From NCBI GenBank assembly GCA_001600695.1, contig BCKQ01000006.1, positions 17,258 through 81,257 on the forward strand: a stretch of 64,000 bases of DNA, read 5' to 3'. The translations under genes and the position numbers were made by a program. Under the pieces are notes generated by a model, which was not told the DNA's origin, made no database searches, and was given only the letters and a program-made list of their open reading frames with translations. This document shows, piece after piece, positions 1 to 9,396 of this stretch. Numbering within the stretch: position 1 is the stretch's first letter; every line of letters starts with the position of its first letter. The DNA is from Ascoidea asiatica JCM 7603 (taxonomy: Eukaryota; Fungi; Ascomycota).

Positions 1-733
1 TTTTGTTTTAATTGTAATCAAATATCTTCTATATCAAATGATTCAAATCAAAAATGTTGTCAATCTATTAGGAAATTATCACCTGGATTTTTAAATTCTC
101 TGAGATATAAACATTTATTTTGTAAACCATGCCCATCATGCAAAAGATTAATTGAAAAAAATAAAGGATGCGCTCATATGAGATGTACTTTTTGTCGAAC
201 TTCTTTTCAATGGGATAGAGAAAAATATTTTGAAATTCCAGATATTTTTAAACATGCTTATGATTTACATTTTTCAATTGAAGAAAAATAGAATTGTTTA
301 TCAAACCTATAATGAATATATAGATACAAATCAAATTTATAGACAAAATAGAGAAACTCTTCCATTTCGTCCAAGTTTACAAATTTCAAGTTTCTTCAAC
401 AGATTTTTATGTTTTATATGTACTCTTCTTATATTTTTTACTATGGTTTGGATGTATAAAGAAATGGGAATTTATGAATTTATTTATGCAATTACTATTT
501 GTGATATTATTTTTGTTTGTTTTACTTTCAGATCATTATATTTGGGGTTTGTATATCTTCTAGCATTCAAATGGGTTTTTTCAATTATTTATCTTATCAC
601 TTTGCGTTCTTTTGATTCCAATATGCCTCCTAATCATATAATTATTCCAGCTCTTCAGACTTTTTTTCTTCCCTTTGTATTTGTTATATATATTCAAATA
701 GGACACCATGGAGTAATTCATTTCAGTGATTAA
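1..733 (+). CDS. 3' part of an RBR (RING-IBR-RING) E3 ubiquitin ligase with a C-terminal transmembrane region; 5'-truncated by the window and interrupted by a +1 frameshift/stop at 289-291
   Basis: Frame 1 (1-288) reads FCFNC...KCC...CKPCPSCKRLIEKNKGCAHMRCTFCRTSFQWDREKYFEIPD...SIEEK*, a typical RBR RING2/Rcat motif with the catalytic Cys (GCxHM). Frame 2 (ORF 230-733) continues with about 4 hydrophobic segments, matching the layout of the paralog at 9397-11391. Confidence 0.8.
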
Positions 734-839
734 CAAGAAATGGCAATTTAGACCCAATATATTAATTGTTTTTAAGCATACCTACTTGTAGTCAGCCTTG
801 AGGTGTCACAGTTACGGTTTCAGCCTTTTAAATTGCTTT

Positions 840-911
840 AGCGCCGTGGCGCAGTGGAAGCGCATAGGGCTCATAACCCTAGGGTCCTTGGATCGAAACC
901 AAGCGGCGCTA
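840..911 (+). tRNA. tRNA-Met initiator (CAT)
   Basis: AGCGCCGTGGCGCAGTGGAAGCGCATAGGGCTCATAACCCTAGGGTCCTTGGATCGAAACCAAGCGGCGCTA: 72-nt cloverleaf with A1:U72, three G:C pairs in the anticodon stem and a GATCG T-loop (A54), followed by a T-run terminator. Confidence 0.98.
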
Positions 912-1216
912 TATTTTTTTTATTGTTTTTGTTTTTTTTTTAATTTTTTTAATCGAGGTAGGCCGGATCTGCCTTATTGCCATTTCTGTAATAATCTTCG
1001 GGGGTGCTTCGCATTTCTACTGTATCAGTATAAAATAAAATAAAGGTGTATTATAACAAATAATCATTATATAGGAATATGAACAGTTTTATACCTTTTA
1101 GAATAGATAAACAATAGAATCAACTGAAAAACTTATTTCAAGAATATGAAATTATAAAAGTTCATGTTAAAGCAAAAAAATGAGAATTATTCAATTGAAA
1201 TCAAATTGTAATCAAA

Positions 1217-2275
1217 ATGAGTGTTAGTGATTTAAAAATAATGGCAGATTTAAATATTATTGAAGGTTCAAATTTAAAATTAATGAAAGATAAACATATA
1301 AATTATGTGATAAATTTAAATAAAACTGATAAATCTTATTCATATTGGTTAACTGAACATTTAAGAATGAATGGACTTTATTGGGGTTTAATGACTTTAT
1401 ATTTATTAAATTCAATAGAATCTTTAGATAAAAATGAAATAATAAAATTTGTAATGTTATGTTATGATGATAAAAATGGTGGATTTTCTTCTTTTCCAAA
1501 ACATGATTCACATTTATTATCAACTTTATCTGCAATTCAAATCTTATCAATTTTAAATTCAATTGATATTATAAAAAATGATAAAATAAGATATTTGAAA
1601 TTAATAAAATTTATTAAAGATTTACAAAATGATGATGGTAGTTTTAATGGTGATAAATTTGGTGAAATTGATACAAGATTTATTTATAATGCAATTTCTT
1701 CATTATCTATATTAGGTGAATTAGAAAATTCAATAATTGAAAAATCTGTTAATTTTATAAAAAATTGTCAAAATTTTGATGGTGGTTTTGGTATGTTACC
1801 AGGTGCAGAATCTCATGCTGCTCAAGTTTTTACCTGTTTAGGAACTTTATCAATTGTAAATAAATTAGATATAATTAATGATCAAAATTCTTTATCGTGG
1901 TGGTTAAGTGAAAGACAAGTAAATGATGGTGGTTTAAATGGTAGACCAGAAAAATTACCTGATAGTTGTTATTCATGGTGGGTTTTATCTTCATTAAAAA
2001 TGTTAAATAGATTGAATTGGATTAATGATGAAAAATTGATTAAATTTATTTTATCATGTCAAGATTTTCAAAATGGTGGTATAAGTGATAGACCTGATAA
2101 TCAAGTTGATGTTTATCATACTTTATTTTCAATTGCAGGCTTAAGTTTATTAAATTATCAATTAGATCCAAATGATTTAAATTCAAAATTAAATGAAATT
2201 GATCCAATATATTGTATGCCAATAGAAGTAACAAAAAACTTCAAAAAATGGCCAACGGATTATAAAATAAATTGA
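1217..2275 (+). CDS. BET2: Rab geranylgeranyltransferase (GGTase-II) beta subunit
   Basis: Prenyltransferase repeats: TEHLRMNGLYWG, GEIDTRF, CQNFDGGFG..PGAESHAAQ, GGLNGRPEKLPDSCYSWW, GGISDRPDNQVDVYHT. Confidence 0.96.
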   Translation: MSVSDLKIMADLNIIEGSNLKLMKDKHINYVINLNKTDKSYSYWLTEHLRMNGLYWGLMTLYLLNSIESLDKNEIIKFVMLCYDDKNGGFSSFPKHDSHLLSTLSAIQILSILNSIDIIKNDKIRYLKLIKFIKDLQNDDGSFNGDKFGEIDTRFIYNAISSLSILGELENSIIEKSVNFIKNCQNFDGGFGMLPGAESHAAQVFTCLGTLSIVNKLDIINDQNSLSWWLSERQVNDGGLNGRPEKLPDSCYSWWVLSSLKMLNRLNWINDEKLIKFILSCQDFQNGGISDRPDNQVDVYHTLFSIAGLSLLNYQLDPNDLNSKLNEIDPIYCMPIEVTKNFKKWPTDYKIN

Positions 2276-2350
2276 ATTAAAAAAATTATAAAAACTATAA
2301 AAAAATATTTATATACATATATATAAAATATTTTTATGTAATTATGAAAC

Positions 2351-2482
2351 TTAAGAATCTGTTAGAAAGCTTCTAATTTGGGAATCAATAACAGATTCTC
2401 TTTTCTCTGCATATGAATCTTTAATATTCATCGAATCAACATTAATTTCATCTGGGTCAATAAAGGATTCATTAATAACTTG

Positions 2483-2530
<48 letters not shown>

Positions 2531-3805
2531 ATTGTTATTGTTTTTGTTATAGTTGGTTTGATTTTCATTACTAATGTGTTGATTAGACAAATCTTGACTT
2601 AATTGATTGATTTGATTCAATTGATTAGTTTGATTAATTTGATTTAATTGATTGGATTGATTAATTTGAGAATAACCACCATTTGTAGATAATTTAAGAG
2701 CTCTATAATTTTCATAAAGTATATCATGAGTAATATCTTTAAAATCTTGTAAATGAGAACCAAATAAAACAGTTTTTAAAGCTAAAAAATCAGAATGATC
2801 CGGATCTTCAACTTTTACAGTACCCCAAGGGTATTCTCTAACATGATAAATTTTTCCATCAATTTCTTTTTCTTCATTACTTGAAACAATTGCAAATGGT
2901 AACATTTTTTGTAAAATTAAATTTTCTTCATTATCAATATCATTATTAATGTTATTATTATTATTATTATTATTAAAGTTGAAGTTATTATAGTTATAAT
3001 TATTATTATTATGATTATTATTAACTGGATCATTATCATCAAAATAATTTTTAGTAAAATTGAAGAAATTAACATTATTTTCATATAATTGAGAAATAAT
3101 TTTTTTTTTAAAAGAGATTAATTCAAATTCAGTAAATAAATCAGCTTTTGAAATTATTGGTAAAATATTTGTAAAAGGTGATAAATTTTTCATAACTTGA
3201 ATATCTAATTCTTTTAATGGAGAATTTATATTTGAAATTTGAATAAAATATAAAAGAACATGAATTCTATTATCAACTAAATTTGGATTTCTTTTAATTC
3301 TACATTCTTCTTCTAATTTTAAATCAAATTGATTTTTTAAAAAAGATAAAATTTTATTTGTACAATTATTATTATTAATATTATCACCAAAACCAGGAGT
3401 TAAAATTACATTTAAATTTATTGGAGTTGAATTTTTTTCATTAATTTCAAATTGATGAGAAATTATATCCATATTTGAATTATCTATATCAATTTGAAGA
3501 TTTTTCATTTGTAAATTATTAAAATTTTCATTTTCATTTGATAATAAATTTTGATTACATAAATTATTAATAAAAGTTGATTTACCAGTATTATTTCTAC
3601 CAACTAACATAATATTTAAATTTAAACCCTTTTTAACCATTTTACGACGACGTACTTCTTCTGGTGACTTTTTTTTTCAAAAAATAAAAAAAAAAAATAG
3701 AATTTAGTTAGTAAATAAAATTGATTTTTTATTTAATTTCATTTATAAAAATAAAATTTATGAATTTGAAAGTGTCAAACAAACAAAAAGTAGAGCAGAA
3801 GCCAT
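2351..3805 (-). CDS. Septin of the Cdc11/Spr28 group (probably sporulation septin Spr28-like); exon 1 3805-3785, intron 3784-3668, exon 2 3667-2351
   Basis: P-loop LVGRNNTGKSTFINNL, TPGFGD, ISKAD, REYPWG and HSDF septin motifs. The spliced N-terminus MASALLF|SPEEVRRRKMVKKG restores the polybasic region. There is an in-frame TGA just upstream of exon 2 and a TACTAAC branch point at 3713-3707. Confidence 0.85.
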
Positions 3806-4716
3806 TTTTGTTGATTTTTTTTATTTCTTGTTTCTTATTTCTTTGAAACCTTTTCAAAAATCTCAATTATTTGCTTGAATTGCTTAATTCAATTATTATG
3901 ATTTATTATTTTGATCAATTATTTGATTCAATTGATTGATAAATTGATAAATTGATTGATTGGTTTCAGGAATCTTTCAAGTTCTTATAAGTAAAACTGA
4001 ATAAATTTGAAACAATGATTCTAACTAAACATAGACTAATGTTCTTCTTTCCTTTTAATAAAAAGGTCCACGATAAATTTGAATATATTCATTTCATCTC
4101 TGTTGGTGTATTATTATTATTGATGGATGCATTCTCAGATTGCTCAGGATGCAAGCAAATCTCCAATGCTAAAGAAAACAACAAAACATCTTTTCTTAAA
4201 TTAATTTTCTCTTTGTGGCATTTGAAGCTTTTCAGTAAAATGATAAAAAACAAGAAGCAAAGCAGAAACAGCACAATCAGCAGAAGAAATCAATTCAGTT
4301 CAATTCAGTTTAATTTATTTTGTTTTGTTTTTGTTTTTGTTCGATCCGTGCAGGAATTAGTTCCGGTAACCGGATAATAAAATGGATGTTAAGTATGTCA
4401 CGGATGTATGAACCGTATATATATCCTTGTACACCTTTCCGGAAAAAGTGCCAAAATCTCGGTTGGACCTCGCTTTGTTTTATTTCATTTAAGTTACTTT
4501 TGTTTATCTTCACTTTCTTCTTTTCTTCTTTTCTTCTTTTCTTCTTCTAGCTTCAATCAATCAATTCATCAAATATCAATTAATTAACCCATCAATCAAT
4601 CAATCAATTCATCAATTTTTCAATTCATCAGTAATTCAGTTCATCAATTAATCAATCAATTCATTAATTTTTCATTTATCCATTCATCTTTCAATTGGCT
4701 TAATTTTTGATGAAAA

Positions 4717-7122
4717 ATGGATCCAGATTCAAAAGAAAATTACGATTTTAAACTTGGCGATAAGCGAAAATTGGATCTAGCAGATGATACAATTTCTTCC
4801 TCAATTCCAAAACTATCTTCTCCAGATTCTCTAGCTAATAAAATTTCCAAGAAAATTAATGAATCTTCAAGTTCTGATGGATTTCAATTAGATCTTGCTC
4901 TTCCTGATCTTTTTGTAATTAAAAGAAGTGCAACTCATATTAAAGAAGCGTTTAAATTTATTTGTATAGATGATAATTTAGAAAATCCTATAGATGAATC
5001 AATTCATTCAGACGTCAAATCTTCATCTTCAAACTCAGAAAAAAAAAAAAATGTTCCTACTTATGATCAAGTTTATTCTTATTTATCTAATCCAAAAACT
5101 TCAAATGCACAGATTGCAAATTTTTTTAAAAATTCATCAAATAAACAAAATGTTGATCTTGGTTTATTATTAAAACAAAATTATATTAAATATCCATTAA
5201 TCAAAACAATTTTTGATTGTATCATAGAATTTGATACCAATAATTCAAATGAAAAAAATTTAAATTTTGATTTCTTAAATGACTATAAATCAATTTCTAA
5301 TTCTAATGATATTAATTATAAAATTGAAAAAAATATTCCAATCAAAAAAGAAAATGATTTTCTTTCTAATATAAATCTTAATAATAATACAGATAATTTT
5401 CATAACTTAAATAATAATAATAATAATAATAATAATAACGATATTTCCAATAACGATATTTCCAATAACGATACTGCAAATACTTCTACAGTTACACCTA
5501 GTGCTACTACCGCTATCACCGCTGCTACAACCAATGAAAATGATATTGATACTGATATGGACCCAAATAACAATAATCTTGATTTAAATACTTCAAATAT
5601 TAATCATCCAAATAAATTTTATGAAAATCATAATCATAATTATTATATTAATTATAATGGTGATTATCCACCTCCAATCCCATATATATTTGATGATATG
5701 TTATATAGATCTATATTCACAAATAAATCAATTGATCAATTCAAATATATTATTCCAAATAATATTAATCAAGGAAATCAAGATGAGCAAGATAACCAAG
5801 AGAAGATTATTCAAAATCTATTTGAAGAAAATGATAAATTAATAATCTTAGGAAAATCTGCTTTAAACTATACTATAACTTCAATTCTTTTAGATTCTTT
5901 AAATGAATATCCTTCAATTGATTTAACGAAATTTTTAGATCAACTAATTTCAAATGAATTATTATATAATTGGTTTTTGATTTATAATTTAGATAAACAA
6001 TTAATTGCTCAAATTACTTCAATCATAGATCTTTATAAAAATTTACCAAATTTTCAAAATTATCAAAGTTATCAGAATTTATTTAATTCTCAACGAATTA
6101 ATCCAAATAAAAAATTATGTTGTGAATTGATTTATGCATATATTGGTGCATTATTTAAACAAAATGATGAATTTACTGTTATTAAAGATTGGATAAAACT
6201 TTTATTGAAAGATAAAATAAATAATTATATGAATATTTTAATCAAAGAAAAGGAAGATAATATGAGTAATAAATTAATCAAAGACATTCCAGATTGTGAT
6301 AATTATGAAAGTTCAAATAATAATAATAATGATGATAATAATTATGATCAGCGTTATAAAGATAAAAATAGTATTAGAACTATTGGAATTTCAACTCCAT
6401 TGAATAAAGAATCCAAAAATGAATTATATAGATTAATTGGTAGTGCAGATAATTGCCCAAAATATAATGTTATTGTTGAAGGAAATTCTTTGAGTGGAAT
6501 TTTATTTAAAGTTGAATGTGCAATTAAAAGTGATATACTAGGATACGGCGAAGGAAATAATTCTAAAGAAGCGGGGTTGAGAGCAGCAATGGCAGCATTA
6601 TCAAATAAAGGCAAAATAGATGAATATAGGTATATGCTAAAATCTTTAGGAGGCATTAATATTAATAATACCAATGATACTAATCTGAATGGTTTGAATG
6701 GTGATAAAGATTTGAATAGCCCTCAAGCCCAATTGAATGATAATTGTAATACCTTATCCGCCAAATGTGTTGAAACTGAATTTCAAATTAAAAATAGTTA
6801 CACAGGTCATAAAGAAAACCAAAATGTAAAAATGTATTTCATTAATCCAGTTAGTGATAATTTTAAGACAGATACCGCTGCAAAAGAAAGATTATACCTT
6901 ATGTTAACTACCAGGGGACAAGCTTCATGTACTATTCAAACAATAAAATATGAAATTGATAAATTATCGGATAATCGAATCCAAGCCACTTTGGTTATCA
7001 ATGGCATTCCAATTATTAGAGCCATTGATAGAAATAAAAAAATTTCTAGTCAAATCATTGCAATGTATGTTTTGGATCATTTAGAGATTTTAGAAGATTT
7101 TAATATTACTATCAATGTATGA
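4717..7122 (+). CDS. RNase III / budding-yeast Dicer-like protein (N-terminal domain + RNase III domain + two dsRBDs), predicted catalytically inactive (CDL1-like)
   Basis: PPPIPYIFDDMLYRSIFTNKS resembles the Rnt1/Dcr1 PPKLPEI..VFIHKS segment. RNase III signatures are degenerate (NDKLIILGKSAL, KLCCELIYAYIGAL). dsRBD1 reads KNELYRLIG...LGYGEGNNSKEAGLRAAMAAL and dsRBD2 reads AKERLY...RNKKISSQIIA. Confidence 0.85.
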   Translation: MDPDSKENYDFKLGDKRKLDLADDTISSSIPKLSSPDSLANKISKKINESSSSDGFQLDLALPDLFVIKRSATHIKEAFKFICIDDNLENPIDESIHSDVKSSSSNSEKKKNVPTYDQVYSYLSNPKTSNAQIANFFKNSSNKQNVDLGLLLKQNYIKYPLIKTIFDCIIEFDTNNSNEKNLNFDFLNDYKSISNSNDINYKIEKNIPIKKENDFLSNINLNNNTDNFHNLNNNNNNNNNNDISNNDISNNDTANTSTVTPSATTAITAATTNENDIDTDMDPNNNNLDLNTSNINHPNKFYENHNHNYYINYNGDYPPPIPYIFDDMLYRSIFTNKSIDQFKYIIPNNINQGNQDEQDNQEKIIQNLFEENDKLIILGKSALNYTITSILLDSLNEYPSIDLTKFLDQLISNELLYNWFLIYNLDKQLIAQITSIIDLYKNLPNFQNYQSYQNLFNSQRINPNKKLCCELIYAYIGALFKQNDEFTVIKDWIKLLLKDKINNYMNILIKEKEDNMSNKLIKDIPDCDNYESSNNNNNDDNNYDQRYKDKNSIRTIGISTPLNKESKNELYRLIGSADNCPKYNVIVEGNSLSGILFKVECAIKSDILGYGEGNNSKEAGLRAAMAALSNKGKIDEYRYMLKSLGGININNTNDTNLNGLNGDKDLNSPQAQLNDNCNTLSAKCVETEFQIKNSYTGHKENQNVKMYFINPVSDNFKTDTAAKERLYLMLTTRGQASCTIQTIKYEIDKLSDNRIQATLVINGIPIIRAIDRNKKISSQIIAMYVLDHLEILEDFNITINV

Positions 7123-7453
7123 TTATAAGTTTATATTTCATTTCTTCTTCAGTAGTTTTCCAAAATTTATTGCCATCTTTCTTAACATTGCTATCTATTG
7201 CTTTACTTATATATATATATTAATATAATTGTCATTATAATTATCTTTATAATTATCTTTATAATGAATATTGAGATAATTTATTACATATTTAAGTGTA
7301 GTTTTTGAATTTATATTAATTGAATATTACATCTAACATTCATATTACAGTTGATTGACCGGGATGGAATTGAAATTTAATTTCTTGATAAATGAAGAAT
7401 TAGAAATAGTAATTAATATATGATATAAGATAAATGATAAATTGGGAAGCAAG

Positions 7454-8361
7454 ATGAGTGAAAGCGTTGGGAATAGGTGAGTTGTTATATTATTTGATGT
7501 TGAAGAAGTAAAAAGAACTATGGACTAACTAGTAAACATAAATATTATAATAATATAGAAAAATCAGAGCATGTCTCTTTGGTAAGTGAAAAACGAATAA
7601 TATAATGCATTCTACAAGAAGGTTACTAATCATAATGGAAATATAAATAATTAGATATGGATGGATTACTTATTGATAGTGAAGATAAGTATACGGAAGT
7701 AACAAATGAGTTTCTCAAAAGATATAATAAAGGACCTTTGACATGGAAAGTTAAGGTTGAATTACAAGGTAGACCTGGGTTAGATTCGGTTAAGAAGTTA
7801 TTAGAAAGTTATGATATTGGTGAGGATGTAATTAGTGTTGAGGAAGCTTTCAAAAGCATGGTTTCATTACAAGAAAGTAAATGGCCGAGTTGTAAATTTC
7901 TACCAGGATCTATGGATTTACTTTTAAATTTGAAGAGAAATAAAATACCTATGGCAGTTGCAACATCTTCACATAGATTGAATTTTGAAAGAAAAACGAA
8001 TCATTTAAGTCATGGATTTGATTTATTTGATGTTATTATTGTTGGTGATGATCCCAAGATTCCAAAGGGAAGAGGTAAACCATTTCCAGATATTTGGTTA
8101 GTTGCATTGAAAGAACTAAATGAGTTTCATGAGATTCTTAATACAGAAGAGGAAATCAAACCTGAAGAATGTATTGTTTTTGAGGATGGTAAGCCTGGTG
8201 TAATAAGTGGTGCAGCTGCTGGATGTTCAGTTGTTTGGGTACCTAATTCAGAAGCAGTTAAGATTCTAGGGGAAGAACAAGTTAAAAGTTTGATCGATAA
8301 TAAAGGAGAACTTTTATCAAGCTTGGAGGAATTCAATCCTGTGAAATATAATTTATTTTAG
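7454..8361 (+). CDS. HAD-superfamily phosphatase (HDHD1/pseudouridine-5'-phosphatase-like, YKL033W-A-like); exons 7454-7476, 7559-7581, 7655-8361
   Basis: Introns GTGAGT..GACTAAC..TAG (7477-7558) and GTAAGT..TACTAAT..TAG (7582-7654) give MSESVGNRKIRACLFDMDGLLIDSE (HAD motif I). ATSS, GKPFPDIW and CIVFEDG supply motifs II-IV. Confidence 0.92.
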
Positions 8362-8994
8362 ATTTTAGATTTTAGATTTGGTTCAATTGAAAGATTTAGA
8401 AATAAATGAATTCTATCAATTGACGAAGGTGTAAGAAATAAATCAATACCTTACCCGTGGTATCAGGAATTTCATTATCGGGATAAAAGGTTAACGAACT
8501 TTCAAGCCACAGATACTCCGCATTAAAAAATAAGCTTTGGCGTTGTTCCTGATATGGAAATATATATTCCGGGATAATAAACAATGGCATAATTTTAATG
8601 CGGAAGAATATTTTAAAGTACTTGAACGTTTACTTGGTTTTGTTGTATGTTTTTTTTCATTGCATTTAATTGGTATAGATTTAAAGATAAAATTTTTTAA
8701 TCATATTGCAAGTGCTTTCTTTATAATATTTTTCTTATTATCTCTAAAATATTTCCAAGCTATTGGAATTTTTGTTATGGAATTTCTTTTATTTGTTGTT
8801 CTATTTTAATAAGAATTAATGATGTACCAAAAGTAGATGTATGTATTGCAGGTTTTGAATTTATCTTTTTTGGAGTAGTATCTATTTTATATGGTATTTT
8901 TATGGGATTAAAAAGATTCTTTGAATGAAATGTTGCCCATAAAATACTGCTGAATAAATAAAAAGAAATATTTAATAAATAAATTAAAAAATAA

Positions 8995-9066
8995 TAGCGC
9001 CGCTTGGTTTCGATCCAAGGACCCTAGGGTTATGAGCCCTATGCGCTTCCACTGCGCCACGGCGCT
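8995..9066 (-). tRNA. tRNA-Met initiator (CAT), identical to the copy at 840-911
   Basis: Exact reverse complement of 840-911, with a T-rich terminator downstream on the minus strand. Confidence 0.98.
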
Positions 9067-9396
9067 GGGAAGATGAAACTTCTGAAACTTTGTCACTCAT
9101 ACAAAAAATAATATAAAGAACTCCCATTTTTCTGGTCTCGTTGCATAATATATATAGACTTCTCAATTAGGAAACTGTTCATTCTTGATAATGAAATAAA
9201 ATAATTTCATGGAATATGAAACAATCAGTAATTTGTGATACGAAATTTTTCTTTCTTTTAAACTTCAGGTAAATAAAAGATAAATGCTTATAGAGACGAA
9301 TGAGTATGAAATCTAACAAGAAAAGTAATTTAGTAAAATATATTCAGATTATTTCAAATTTGTTTTATAAATTTCAATGGATATTGATATTATCTT

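Noticed and set aside
798-1043. ORFs sharing SAVAQWKRIGLITLGSLDRNQAAL (also 8908-9096 and 8984-9166)
   Set aside because: They are translations through the two tRNA-iMet genes, not a protein family.
3644-3660. GACGTACTTC resembling the 5' end of yeast U3 snoRNA
   Set aside because: It is the antisense of septin codons (EVRRR), and no other U3 boxes follow.
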